64,000 nucleotides of DNA from Thermodesulfovibrionales bacterium. GTDB lineage: Bacteria > Nitrospirota > Thermodesulfovibrionia > Thermodesulfovibrionales > SM23-35. Below are positions 30,882 to 40,781 of the stretch, piece by piece. Made by a program: the position numbers and the translations under genes. The notes below the pieces were generated by a model, which saw only the letters and a list, made by a program, of their open reading frames with translations, searched no databases and had not been told where the DNA came from. The stretch is taken from the NCBI GenBank assembly GCA_963715195.1, contig CAVQRT010000030.1, positions 192,001-256,000 of the forward strand, written 5' to 3'. Each line of letters opens with the position of its first letter. Position 1 is the first letter of the stretch.

Positions 30882-31417
30882 AAGAAGAACTTCAAAACGG
30901 TTCAGCGGATCTGGTAACGCGGCAATCAGGCCAGATTATCAGAAACCGGATTGAAAAAGATATCGAAAAAGAAATAGACGGTGAGATCATTGCCCTTGAT
31001 TTTTCAAAGATTGGTATTATTGATTACTCCTGCGCTGATGAAATTATCGCAAAGCTCACCTCCCGACTTCTGAGCGGTGAGTACGGAGATAAATACATCA
31101 TTCTCATGGGCCTGAACGAAAATCAGAGGGAGAATATTGAAGTCGCCCTCGAACGGAAAGAACTTGCGGTTATGGCTCTGATGTGGAACGGGAAGGGCAT
31201 CTTGCTCGGGAGTCTCAATAAATATCTCAATGAAACCCTGAATCTGATAATCCAAAGAGGAACAATAACTGCAAAAGAACTCTCAGATATTATGCATCTT
31301 GAGGCGAATACAAGCGGTACGAGATTGCTGAATCTCCATAAAAAGCGCCTCGTAAAAAGAATAGATGAAATACGCAACGGCGGACGTGTCTGGACATATG
31401 AAAAGATTCCATCCTGA
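30851..31417 (+). CDS. STAS-like (DUF4325-like) domain + C-terminal winged-helix protein
   Basis: LVTRQSGQIIR...IALDFSKIGIIDYSCADEII is STAS-like. ITAKELSDIMHLEANTSGTRLLNLHKKRLVKR...GRVWTY is wHTH-like. Confidence 0.7.
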   Translation: MQIYSLYKLLKEELQNGSADLVTRQSGQIIRNRIEKDIEKEIDGEIIALDFSKIGIIDYSCADEIIAKLTSRLLSGEYGDKYIILMGLNENQRENIEVALERKELAVMALMWNGKGILLGSLNKYLNETLNLIIQRGTITAKELSDIMHLEANTSGTRLLNLHKKRLVKRIDEIRNGGRVWTYEKIPS

Positions 31418-31429
31418 AAGGAAATACTA

Positions 31430-32803
31430 ATGGAATTCATGCTTGCTATAATCGGTGGGATTCTTATCGGAGCAATCAGTGCCTGGTTTATTGCCTCATT
31501 CATCGAGCAAAAAAAACATAGGGAACAGATTGCCAGCATGCAATCTTTGTATGCGGATGAAATAACTGAGCTGCGCGAAAAGGCAAGCGGAGCCGAAGCG
31601 AGAATTGAGGAAATCAGGCTGCACCTGCAACAGAAAGAATCCGAAATAGATCAGACACGGGATGAACTCAATGCTGAACGGGATTCGAAAGCGCGTCTCG
31701 AGGAAGCACAGAAGCATCTTAAAGGAGAAATAGCACGATTCCAGGATATGGAGAATAAATTGAGTGAAACCTTTAAAGCACTTTCTTTAGATGCCCTCTC
31801 AAAAAATTCTGGTGAGTTCCTGAAACTTGCCGACAAAGTACTCGAGTCCAAGACTGCTGAAGGCAAAAAAGAACTTGAAAGCAAGAAAGAGCTCATAGAC
31901 CAGAATATTGAAGCGATCAGCAAAACGTTATCTGAAGTTCAGAAAAGAATTGAGGATGTGGGTAAGACAAGCGGGGAGAAATTTACAGAGGTTTCCACAC
32001 TGATCAAAAAACATGAAGATGTCACACTGAAGCTGAAGGAGACGACCGAACATCTGAGTCATGCTCTGGCAAACCCGAAAAAAAGAGGAGAATGGGGAGA
32101 GCGGATGGCCGAAGACATCATCAGACTGGTTGGTATGGTGGAAGGGGTCAATTATATGAAACAAAAGACCCTTGAAAGCTCATCCGGCAGGCCTGATTAT
32201 ACATTTTTGCTGCCCAATAACCTGAAAATCAATATGGACGTTAAGTTCCCGATCGATAATTACATCCATTATCTGAATGCTGACACAGAACATGACAGGA
32301 AACGATTCAGGGATGAACTTCTCAAGAATACAAAGGGAATGATCAGGCAGGTGACGACCCGTGATTATATCAACCCTGCTGAAAATACCATTGATTATGT
32401 GATTGTTTTTATCCCGAATGAACAGGTCTTCAGTTTTATCAACGAATCCGACACCACGATTATGGATGAGGCACTAAAACAGAAGGCTATTCTTTGCTCC
32501 CCGTTTACCCTGTACGCAGTCCTTGCAGTTATCCGGCAGGCTGTCGAAAATTTCAACCTTGAAAGAACTGCCTCAGAAATACTCGAACTGCTCGGTGAGT
32601 TTTCCAAACAGTGGAATTCCTATAAAGAAAGATTCAGGCTCATGGGAGAAAGGTTAGACGCTGCAAAGAAGGAATATGATATCCTGATAACAACAAGAAC
32701 AAATATGCTCGAAAAACCCCTAAAGAAAATCGAGGATTTGAGGGGACAAAAAGCGATAGACATGGAGGAACAGCTTAAACTTGACGAAGCACCTTTGCTC
32801 TGA
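31430..32803 (+). CDS. rmuC: DNA recombination protein RmuC
   Basis: N-terminal TM and coiled coil, RGEWGE, RPDYTFLLP, DVKFP, VFIPNE. Confidence 0.9.
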   Translation: MEFMLAIIGGILIGAISAWFIASFIEQKKHREQIASMQSLYADEITELREKASGAEARIEEIRLHLQQKESEIDQTRDELNAERDSKARLEEAQKHLKGEIARFQDMENKLSETFKALSLDALSKNSGEFLKLADKVLESKTAEGKKELESKKELIDQNIEAISKTLSEVQKRIEDVGKTSGEKFTEVSTLIKKHEDVTLKLKETTEHLSHALANPKKRGEWGERMAEDIIRLVGMVEGVNYMKQKTLESSSGRPDYTFLLPNNLKINMDVKFPIDNYIHYLNADTEHDRKRFRDELLKNTKGMIRQVTTRDYINPAENTIDYVIVFIPNEQVFSFINESDTTIMDEALKQKAILCSPFTLYAVLAVIRQAVENFNLERTASEILELLGEFSKQWNSYKERFRLMGERLDAAKKEYDILITTRTNMLEKPLKKIEDLRGQKAIDMEEQLKLDEAPLL

Positions 32804-32893
32804 TAAGTTTTTTCATTATGGATGAGGAGCATTGAATAGCATATGCATTAGATTTTTTCAAAACAGAAGGCTATATTCTTAAAGGAGGGTATC

Positions 32894-33175
32894 ATGTCAG
32901 AGAAACTCAGTCACGAGGAATTTGTAAAGAAAGCGATTGTAAGTCTGAGAAAGGAGGGATATAAGGGAATCCACAGCGTTTATTCAGGATTTAATGAGGC
33001 ATGTAAAAAATATTTTAATGGTGAAAATCCCGTTGAACTTACCAATAAGTTAGCCGCTGAGGGAAAGATCATCATAAGACCGGTTAAAGGTGGGGTAATG
33101 CTCTATCTGCCTGAGGAGGCACCTGCCACAAAAAGTTCTGCTGACGAGGCCTTAAAAAAAATGGGAATTGAATAA
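32894..33175 (+). CDS. Small conserved-looking basic protein (possible winged-helix)
   Basis: Strong AAGGAGG RBS; 93 aa containing KGIHSVYSGFN...LAAEGKIIIRPVKGGVMLYL. Confidence 0.75.
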   Translation: MSEKLSHEEFVKKAIVSLRKEGYKGIHSVYSGFNEACKKYFNGENPVELTNKLAAEGKIIIRPVKGGVMLYLPEEAPATKSSADEALKKMGIE

Positions 33176-33197
33176 TATCCAGAAAATCTTACACAAA

Positions 33198-33746
33198 TTA
33201 CCGGGGTTTTTGCAGGGGTACAGCCTGTATTTCTAAGGATTTGAGCCATTGATGGATCTCCTTTCTCATGGCTTTTGCATTGAATCCATGCCATCGCTTC
33301 CGTTCCCTGGGAAAGCTGACCAGGGTATCCTTAAACTTCCTGAAGGCGCCCTTGCCATTCAATGCCGCGAAGAGTTTTTCTTTCATGAATGGGTCCACGA
33401 CACTTTCAAGAAAATCATTCATGGTTTGATAGGCAGTCCGGTTTTCCCGCTCAGGGATACGGATATACCGTCCGCTTTCATCGAGGAGAATTTCGAGAAC
33501 CATTTCCATTTCGTCCGTCATCCAGTCAGGAATTTCGGGTTCTTCATCAAATTCAATGTATTCAATATCCTCTTCTATTTCTTCGAGATCATCATCAGAC
33601 AACCGTGCTTTCAATTCCTTCACTATTTCCTCTGATAAAGGCATCACCTCCCCGGTCTCAAGATCAAGGAAATAGTCAAATGTATCCCGTACCACATCTT
33701 CCATAGCTTTCTGAATTTCATCAAAGTCAACGTAAAGTCTTTTCAT
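33198..33746 (-). CDS. UPF0158 family protein
   Basis: YFLDLETGEV, RYIRIP, AYQTMNDF, GKGAFRKFKD...RWH. Confidence 0.85.
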   Translation of the reverse strand: MKRLYVDFDEIQKAMEDVVRDTFDYFLDLETGEVMPLSEEIVKELKARLSDDDLEEIEEDIEYIEFDEEPEIPDWMTDEMEMVLEILLDESGRYIRIPERENRTAYQTMNDFLESVVDPFMKEKLFAALNGKGAFRKFKDTLVSFPRERKRWHGFNAKAMRKEIHQWLKSLEIQAVPLQKPR

Positions 33747-34158
33747 ATCCAAGTTGATTGAAAAAATCATTTTTTTCACAGGCCTTTCTCCAATCACAGG
33801 CCCTGCAAAATTCCTGTGACCATTGTTGGAATACTACAGGGATGTTTCCCCTGAGCGCCGGCCAACGGACGATGTCCCTAAGGCTCAGTTCCAGCAACTC
33901 CAATGCCTTTCTATCCATTGCCTGTATTTCCTGGTCAGATTCGCTGTTGTAAAAACATTCTTTTCCCTTTAGATACGGGCAGATATTACAGATATCATCC
34001 GCTCCTGAGACCACCTCTATCTGTTCGTCGGCCTCAGCTTTTTTCAGGATTTCTCCAAGATTTACTATAAATTCCGGAGAATAACCCTGACCTTTGAAAA
34101 AATGAAGGCAGATTAGGTGATGTCCCCTCAGTTGTAGCATAGTCTGGTTTGCTGCCAT
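33727..34158 (-). CDS. DUF1284 family Cys-rich protein
   Basis: LRGHHLICLHFFKGQGYSPEF, DDICNICP, CRACDW...C. Confidence 0.85.
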   Translation of the reverse strand: MAANQTMLQLRGHHLICLHFFKGQGYSPEFIVNLGEILKKAEADEQIEVVSGADDICNICPYLKGKECFYNSESDQEIQAMDRKALELLELSLRDIVRWPALRGNIPVVFQQWSQEFCRACDWRKACEKNDFFNQLGYEKTLR

Positions 34159-34188
34159 GTCATATATATTAGCAAGCTTAACCTGAAG

Positions 34189-35019
34189 CTATGGCTTCCT
34201 GAGCAAGGGATCTGGTATCCCAGCCTCCTCAAATCCCTTTGCCCTGAAAATGCAGCTGTCACACCTCCCGCAAGGAATGGCATTGGAGACTTGAGCGGTA
34301 AGATTTGGAAATCCTCTCCGATTCTTTTGAACTTTGTATGTTGAACTTTGAACTTTCTTTGGTTGCGGGTCGTAGCAGCTCCACGTCAAAGCGTAATCAA
34401 CTCCCAGCTCAGTCCCCTGACGGATGATTTCCGATTTTTTCATTGCTATAAGAGGAGCATGTATTTTAAGGCGGATACCTCCCTCGACGGAAGCCTTGGT
34501 AGCCAGGTTCGCCATGTTCTCGAAGGCCAGGAGATATTCAGGCCTGCAGTCGGGATATCCACTGTAGTCAACTGCATTCGCACCGATGAAAATATCCGCT
34601 GCTTCGAGGACCTCTGCCCATGCAAGAGCAAAGGAGAGAAAGATGGTGTTCCGGGCCGGGACATAGGTAACCGGGATGAGGGATGAAGGATGAGGGATGA
34701 AGGATGAGGGCTCGTCGGCCTTTGTCTGCATCGCTTTATTCTTCCAGCCCGATTCATTGTTCATGTTTTTTTTGGGAACATTTATTTCTGATGTCAGCGC
34801 AGAACCACCGATATCTCTCAGGTCAAACCGGATAACGAGATGTTTTTTCACATCGTAAGATGATGCGAACAGCCGTGCTGATTCAAGTTCTCTGACATGC
34901 CGCTGGGAATAATGAAAACTCAGGGCATATACACCATATCCTTCTTTTTTTGCGATTGCAAGCGTTGTGGAAGAATCAATGCCTCCACTCAGGAGGACAA
35001 CTGCCTTTTTCTCAGTCAT
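34189..35019 (-). CDS. queC: 7-cyano-7-deazaguanine synthase with two repeat-derived insertions
   Basis: [42 protein letters not shown]. Confidence 0.95.
   Translation of the reverse strand: MTEKKAVVLLSGGIDSSTTLAIAKKEGYGVYALSFHYSQRHVRELESARLFASSYDVKKHLVIRFDLRDIGGSALTSEINVPKKNMNNESGWKNKAMQTKADEPSSFIPHPSSLIPVTYVPARNTIFLSFALAWAEVLEAADIFIGANAVDYSGYPDCRPEYLLAFENMANLATKASVEGGIRLKIHAPLIAMKKSEIIRQGTELGVDYALTWSCYDPQPKKVQSSTYKVQKNRRGFPNLTAQVSNAIPCGRCDSCIFRAKGFEEAGIPDPLLRKP
34328..34355. repeat. Heptamer tandem repeat (TGAACTT) inside queC
   Basis: TGAACTT TGTATGT TGAACTT TGAACTT, encoding [10 protein letters not shown]. Confidence 0.6.
34674..34708. repeat. Heptamer tandem repeat GGATGA(G/A) x5 inside queC
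   Basis: GGATGAG GGATGAA GGATGAG GGATGAA GGATGAG, encoding [13 protein letters not shown]. Confidence 0.85.
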
Positions 35020-35093
35020 GATGCGTTTGGATTTGACAGGAGAAACATTCAACTGCATTGAGGAACACAATAATCCTGACCGCCATTGATCTA

Positions 35094-36143
35094 TTAAGAG
35101 ATATCGTCTGCGGTGCCTTCTTTTCCGTCCGGTCCGGCACTCCGGATAAGAAAGGACTTATCATCGAAACGATAAATATACGGATTTCCCCATGGGTCTG
35201 TTTCCGGAGCTATCGTGTGCACCGCTGGAGGATACGAGCCATGTTCAAATTTGTAAGCTGCAATCCCGAACCGCAGGTCATCGACACCTTTTGATGCGCG
35301 GAATCTCTGAAAGACATCATGAGATCCCCAAAAAATAGAAAGCAGAGACAGAATAACTGCAGCGGCAATTACAATTGCAGGAAGATACTGATGATGGATA
35401 TATAATTTTTCCCCCGGAGCAGGCGGATGCTCCTTCATAACCGGAGCAGGCTCTCTTGCCTCAATGATATTCTTTTCTATGAGAGAAACCAGAGTTTTCG
35501 AAACAGCGAAGTCATCCTTGCCACTGATATCGATAATAGTACTTACGTCGTTGTCTCCATCGACGAGGAACAGGATGTCCCTCTCTTCTTCTGAAAGGGC
35601 TGATACGTCGTCGGTCTGTTGCCTGAAGACCGTATCGAGTGTTATCTTCCCCTCGATGAGCGTCCATTCATCAACGATCCTCAGGCCTTCCATAAGCAGA
35701 TGCTGTGTATCTATCGATATCGGAATATCCTTATCTACAGGAATGGCCTGCGGGGTGAACTCATAGGTTCCTTCTTTCCAATTGAATATCTGGATGATGG
35801 TCTCTTTTATCTGCCCTATGAGGATTTCCTCGATGTCTTCCTTTTTTACGATGCCCTTTCGGATCAGGAAATTGCCGAGTCTGACGTTGGATCTCTGTTG
35901 CTCATCGAGCAGGGCTTGGAGGTTTTCTTCGGGGAAAATGCCTTTTTTGGCAAGGACTTTGCCGAGACGGTTTGCTTCCATCCTCCTCTTGGATTCAGCA
36001 CCTACAATGTATCCATCTATAAATAACAGTCTTATCTTATCCAGCTTTCCTTCGAGATTCAGGACACCCGTCTTACGCTGGAAAAAGATCAGCTGCAGAA
36101 TATCAGCAAGGCCAAAATCTCTGAGCGATCCCTCTAAAGCCAT
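35094..36143 (-). CDS. DUF4388 protein with TM and GspG-like C-terminal domain
   Basis: [19 protein letters not shown]...KTGVL...WKEGTYEF...LLMEGLR (DUF4388). Then a TM segment and DPWGNPYIY...[16 protein letters not shown]. Confidence 0.8.
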   Translation of the reverse strand: MALEGSLRDFGLADILQLIFFQRKTGVLNLEGKLDKIRLLFIDGYIVGAESKRRMEANRLGKVLAKKGIFPEENLQALLDEQQRSNVRLGNFLIRKGIVKKEDIEEILIGQIKETIIQIFNWKEGTYEFTPQAIPVDKDIPISIDTQHLLMEGLRIVDEWTLIEGKITLDTVFRQQTDDVSALSEEERDILFLVDGDNDVSTIIDISGKDDFAVSKTLVSLIEKNIIEAREPAPVMKEHPPAPGEKLYIHHQYLPAIVIAAAVILSLLSIFWGSHDVFQRFRASKGVDDLRFGIAAYKFEHGSYPPAVHTIAPETDPWGNPYIYRFDDKSFLIRSAGPDGKEGTADDIS

Positions 36144-37801
36144 CCTTTTGCGAGCCTCCTTCTCGTTGCTGTATTCGACAGAAGATATGTGGAAACAATA
36201 AGGACTATTGAGCCGAGGTTAAGCCATGCGTGGGAAAAGCGGTACATCTCGATCGTAAAAAATGAGTTCATGATCAAAACAAAGATAGAAAAGAAAAAAA
36301 TCCAGAGAAAAAAGAATCCATACAGAATATTTCCGCCACGGATAAGGCCCCATCCCGGAACGATAAGGGAAAAGGTTTTTATCAGGTTCCTTCGCCTCTT
36401 CTGGTATTCATAAACTGCAAGCAGACGTGCAATTCTCTCCTTTGCATCGAGTTCATCGAGCTTGATTAATGATCGATAACACTGCCGGCACATGCGGCCC
36501 CACAGAATATGCTTTTCACATTTGGTACAGAGAATCTTTCCGCACTTGCTGCACCGGTATGCCCAGGTTTTGAAACGTTTGTTTACGATGAAGTATATCG
36601 CGATGAAAAAAATTCCGATCAACGGCATCACAAAAGGAGGGACATACGACAAACCGCCGGTGAAGGTCGCTTTTGTCTTTGTTTTGGCATATTCATACAG
36701 ATCTTCCATCGGCAGGGTTTCATCGACAACAAACCTGTTAGGATTTCTGCTGTACAGAGACCTGTATCGGGAGACGGCAGCTTGATCAAGCTTTTGGGCT
36801 GCAAGGAAGAATTCTTCGCCTTTATCGAAATCGAGTGTCTCCCTGTATACCTGACTCAGGTTATAAAACGCAGATGTGAGTTGAGCACGTTTGAGGGATT
36901 TTTTATACAGCTCTTGTGCTTTTTCCAGATTGTTGATCGCAACATAATTGTTTGCAAGGTTAATGTATGTCCTTGCATCTGGTCTTATGGCAACGAGCTT
37001 TGTATTCAGGTCAATCGCCTCCTGATATCTCCCGGTCTGTTTGAGAGCCAGTGCATAAGAGAAGATCTCAACGGGGTTCTGGCTTCCGGGAAGGAGGGAG
37101 AGGGCATAGGTATTGTCCTTCGCTTCGTTCACCTGCACGACAGCCTTTAATGTGCCTGAGGCAGACGCATAAAATATTGTTGATACCGTCTTGAATACCC
37201 ATGGTGAGACAAGCAGAAACGCAACATAGAAGAAGAGGATAATCCGGTCCCATTTTTTCTGATAAAAACTTATGAGCAGAAGGAGCCCGCCGGGCAGGAA
37301 AAGCGGTCCAAAAAGAGCGCTGCTGAGCACAAGCAGCAGGAAAATTTTTGTTTTTTCCTCACGAATATCGTGGGAAAGCAGGGGCAGGTCTTGAGGAAGG
37401 CGAATTAAGATAAGGATGAGAATCGAAACGAAAAAGGAGAGGACAGCACTTATCAGCACTGATGACATCATCATAAATGACCACCAGAAGTTTCTCTTGT
37501 AGGCTGCAATACCCTGAAGCAGGTAATCGAATGCTTCAAATACACTCCTGGGCGACATGGAAAGGGTTTCCTTGGCGGTTTCAAAGTATGTCGCCGGGAG
37601 GTCCGGAGAGTATTTTTGTGCATCCCTGAGAAGGGAGGGCGCATTTTCCCTGTTCGTTTTTGAAGCATTCATGAGCAGGTAGGAATACGGTTCGGAGTTT
37701 CTTATTCCTTTGTCTAGTTGCTCTTCGTAGAGATCCTTACCCCAAGATAGTGATGGTATGATGAAGATGAACACAAGACAGGACAGGATGTATTTTTTCA
37801 T
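36134..37801 (-). CDS. Polytopic membrane TPR protein with Cys zinc-finger
   Basis: Signal peptide, several TMs, TPR-like helices (YINLANNY, FYNLSQVY), CSKCGKILCTKC...CRQC. Confidence 0.75.
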   Translation of the reverse strand: MKKYILSCLVFIFIIPSLSWGKDLYEEQLDKGIRNSEPYSYLLMNASKTNRENAPSLLRDAQKYSPDLPATYFETAKETLSMSPRSVFEAFDYLLQGIAAYKRNFWWSFMMMSSVLISAVLSFFVSILILILIRLPQDLPLLSHDIREEKTKIFLLLVLSSALFGPLFLPGGLLLLISFYQKKWDRIILFFYVAFLLVSPWVFKTVSTIFYASASGTLKAVVQVNEAKDNTYALSLLPGSQNPVEIFSYALALKQTGRYQEAIDLNTKLVAIRPDARTYINLANNYVAINNLEKAQELYKKSLKRAQLTSAFYNLSQVYRETLDFDKGEEFFLAAQKLDQAAVSRYRSLYSRNPNRFVVDETLPMEDLYEYAKTKTKATFTGGLSYVPPFVMPLIGIFFIAIYFIVNKRFKTWAYRCSKCGKILCTKCEKHILWGRMCRQCYRSLIKLDELDAKERIARLLAVYEYQKRRRNLIKTFSLIVPGWGLIRGGNILYGFFFLWIFFFSIFVLIMNSFFTIEMYRFSHAWLNLGSIVLIVSTYLLSNTATRRRLAKGWL

Positions 37802-38391
37802 GCCCGTTGTCCGATTTTCCGTTCAGTACCTTTCATCAGCCGTCTGATGTTATCCTGATGCCTGATGATGATAAAGACAGAAATAAGTAAAGATACAAAA
37901 AATTTTGTTGTGTCCTGTGAATGGATAAGCAGCACGTTGAGCGGTAACAGCGTGAAGGAGACAATTGCCCCCAGAGACGAATACTTTGTAAACAGAACAA
38001 CCACGGCCCAGATAATAACGGTAAGAAGCGCTCCGTATGGTACATAGAACAAGAGAACTCCGATGCTTGTCGCGACGCCTTTGCCTCCCCTGAAACCGAG
38101 AAAAATAGAAAAATTATGGCCCAAAATTGCCGACATGCCTATGAAACCCTCGAAAATCGGTTCAACACCTGCATACTTTCCTATGGCGACTGCAAGCGTT
38201 CCTTTCAATATGTCTCCCAACAGGGTGAGAATGGCCGGCCATTTTCCGAGGGACCTGAGAACATTAGTCGCACCGATGTTTCCGCTCCCGACCTTCTTCA
38301 GATCAATCCCTTTTGCCTTAGCCGTTATTATACCAAAGGGAATGGATCCGAGAACAAACGCAACAGCAATAAGGAAAATAATTTTAGTCAT
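37798..38391 (-). CDS. plsY: Glycerol-3-phosphate acyltransferase PlsY
   Basis: GSIPFG, GSGNIGATNVLR, GHNFSIF, GGKGVAT, RHQDNI. Confidence 0.96.
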   Translation of the reverse strand: MTKIIFLIAVAFVLGSIPFGIITAKAKGIDLKKVGSGNIGATNVLRSLGKWPAILTLLGDILKGTLAVAIGKYAGVEPIFEGFIGMSAILGHNFSIFLGFRGGKGVATSIGVLLFYVPYGALLTVIIWAVVVLFTKYSSLGAIVSFTLLPLNVLLIHSQDTTKFFVSLLISVFIIIRHQDNIRRLMKGTERKIGQRA

Positions 38392-38397
38392 AAAACG

Positions 38398-38934
38398 TTA
38401 TTTGATTTTTTTGCCGAATAATATTGTGTATTGTATCCCGGAAATTATAGATACGATGAGGGCTATCCATATGAAAACGATTCCGATATCGTAGAGATCA
38501 AGACCGAGAATACTTGTATTGAGAATAAGGCAGAGGATCGCGATTATCTGCGCAGTCGTCTTGATTTTCCCCCCGAGTTCAGCAGCGATGACGATATCCT
38601 TCGAAAGAGCGACCACCCTGAGTCCTGTTACCAGAAATTCTCTCGCTATAATGGTTATTGCGATCCAGGCGGGCAGCCTCGCCATATCGACAAGTACTAT
38701 GAGAGCAGATATGATCAGAAATTTATCCGCAATCGGGTCGAGGATAATCCCGAATTTTGTTATATCACCTGAACGGCGTGCAAGGTATCCGTCGAGAAAA
38801 TCTGTGAGTGAAGCAATGCCGAAGATGAGTGCGCCCCAAAAAGGACGCATATAGACGGTAAGAACAAATACCGGGATGAGGACAATTCTGCTCAACGTCA
38901 GAATTGTCGGGAGATTGAGTTTAAGCGTTCCCAT
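38398..38934 (-). CDS. pgsA: CDP-diacylglycerol--glycerol-3-phosphate phosphatidyltransferase
   Basis: NLPTILTLSR, TDFLDGYLAR...FGIILDPIADK, GKIKT. Confidence 0.95.
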   Translation of the reverse strand: MGTLKLNLPTILTLSRIVLIPVFVLTVYMRPFWGALIFGIASLTDFLDGYLARRSGDITKFGIILDPIADKFLIISALIVLVDMARLPAWIAITIIAREFLVTGLRVVALSKDIVIAAELGGKIKTTAQIIAILCLILNTSILGLDLYDIGIVFIWIALIVSIISGIQYTILFGKKIK

Positions 38935-39475
38935 TTGTTCTATCTTTCCAGAGACCCTTTGCTTTGAGGAGCAAATCACAGATTTCTCTGACAGCTCCCC
39001 TGCCTCCCCCTTTTGTGGTTATTAACTGGGCGAAGGCTTTGGTCTCGTCATCGGCGTCAGCAACAACCACTGACAGACCCGATCTTTTCAGAACGGGGAT
39101 GTCAACAACGTCGTCACCAATGTAGGCAATCTCACTGTAATCGAGGGAATATTTTCTGGCGAGTTGATCATACGCAGTGGTCTTGTCATAACACTTCTGA
39201 AAGACATCTCGTATGCCGAGTTCATCTGCCCTCTTTTCAACAACCTTTGACTGTCTGCCCGTAATCAGTGCCACATGAATACCGGCCTTCATCAGCATTT
39301 TTATGCCATGACCATCCCGGACATGAAAAGATTTGAGCTCGTTCCCGAAATTGTCGAGGATAATGCTGCCGTCTGTCAATACACCGTCGACATCAAGTAT
39401 AAGAAGTTTGATTTTTTTTGCAGCTGTGAGGATTTCTTTCTTTGGAATGGTTTTTCCCTTATATAGCTGTGGCAT
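38921..39475 (-). CDS. kdsC: KDO 8-phosphate phosphatase
   Basis: LDVDGVLTDG, FHVRDGHGI, ITGR, YIGDD, GGRGAVRE. Confidence 0.93.
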   Translation of the reverse strand: MPQLYKGKTIPKKEILTAAKKIKLLILDVDGVLTDGSIILDNFGNELKSFHVRDGHGIKMLMKAGIHVALITGRQSKVVEKRADELGIRDVFQKCYDKTTAYDQLARKYSLDYSEIAYIGDDVVDIPVLKRSGLSVVVADADDETKAFAQLITTKGGGRGAVREICDLLLKAKGLWKDRTNGNA

Positions 39476-39650
39476 AAGTAAATTTGTTCGTAAAAGAAAT
39501 AGTAACAACGAAAAGTATATCAGAGACAATGAGAAAAGTCATTGAAACCTATCGAATAAATGCACATTTGTCAAGGCCCGGGGCGGCACAATGAAGCCGA
39601 AAGCATGTATCGGTGATCATGTTATAATGGGGCTATCAAAGGTGAATACC

Positions 39651-39846
39651 ATGAAACAGGCAGGAGATATCAGAAAATACGCTGTGCCGGTTGGGAGCCT
39701 CCGCTGGATCTGCCCCGAGAATATCTTTCAGTTTGAGTGCACATCAGATATAGAGCCATTAAAAGAATTCATCGGACAGGTTTCGGGCTGTTGATGCAAT
39801 TAATTTCGGACTTGCCATTGAGTGGGACGGCTATAAAAAATTATGA
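39651..39846 (+). pseudogene. Remnant of a Lon-like AAA protease N-terminus
   Basis: LRWICPENIFQFECTSDIEPLKEFIGQ, then after a frameshift near 39781 RAVDAINFGLAIEWDGY; the rest of the gene is absent. Confidence 0.7.
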
Positions 39847-40769
39847 ACAGACGATACAATGCCTTTAGCGCATACATGAAGAGCCGTTTTGGGTGTCCGG
39901 TTTACAAAGTTAGTGTGGACGCAGGGTTTACCTGCCCCAACAGGGACGGGACAATTGGGACTTCAGGGTGTATATACTGTAATAATGATGGCTTCAGGCC
40001 TGCTTCCTGCAGTCCTTCCTTCACGGTTACCGATCAAATTCATAGCGGGATCGAATTTGTTCAAAAGCGATACAGAGCCGGGAAGTATCTTGTTTATTTT
40101 CAACCGTATACAAATACGCATGCTCCTGTCGATACACTGGAGAGACTTTATACAGAGGCATTGGCAAATCCTGCGGTTATCGGTCTTGCTATCGGGACAA
40201 GACCTGATTCGGTTGACGACCGAAAGATAACGCTTCTTCAGTCATTGGCGGAGGAACACTTCATCCTGATCGAGTACGGCATGCAGTCCATGTACGACAA
40301 AACCCTTGAGTTTATCAATAGGGGACACGATTACCATACATTTCTGAGTGCACTTGAAATAACAATCAACAAAGGGATATTGATCGGCGCTCATATCATT
40401 ATCGGATTTCCAACAGAAACTCGTGAAGAAATGCTTGCCATGTCAGACGAACTCTCGCATCTTCCGATCGATTTCCTTAAGATCCACCATCTTCAGGTGA
40501 TAAAAGACACCCCCCTTGCAGTTCTGTATTGTGAAGACCCCTTTCCTGTATTCGGCTATGATGAATACATTGATTTCGTTACTGAATTCCTCGGGCGGCT
40601 TTCACCGCGGATTGCGCTGCAGAGGCTTTTTGCTGAAGCTCCTGACAACATGCTGATTGCACCACAGTGGGGCAAAAACAGGCAGGAAATCCTCAGGGAC
40701 ATCGAAAAGATGCTTGCGCAAAAGGATACGTGGCAGGGTAAGAACCAGAATATGTACCAAAAGATATAG
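39843..40769 (+). CDS. TIGR01212 (YhcC-like) radical SAM protein
   Basis: AGFTCPNRDG...GCIYC, YFQPYTNT, GTRPD, INRGHD, KIHHL. Confidence 0.92.
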   Translation: MNRRYNAFSAYMKSRFGCPVYKVSVDAGFTCPNRDGTIGTSGCIYCNNDGFRPASCSPSFTVTDQIHSGIEFVQKRYRAGKYLVYFQPYTNTHAPVDTLERLYTEALANPAVIGLAIGTRPDSVDDRKITLLQSLAEEHFILIEYGMQSMYDKTLEFINRGHDYHTFLSALEITINKGILIGAHIIIGFPTETREEMLAMSDELSHLPIDFLKIHHLQVIKDTPLAVLYCEDPFPVFGYDEYIDFVTEFLGRLSPRIALQRLFAEAPDNMLIAPQWGKNRQEILRDIEKMLAQKDTWQGKNQNMYQKI

Positions 40770-40781
40770 CAGGAATATTCT

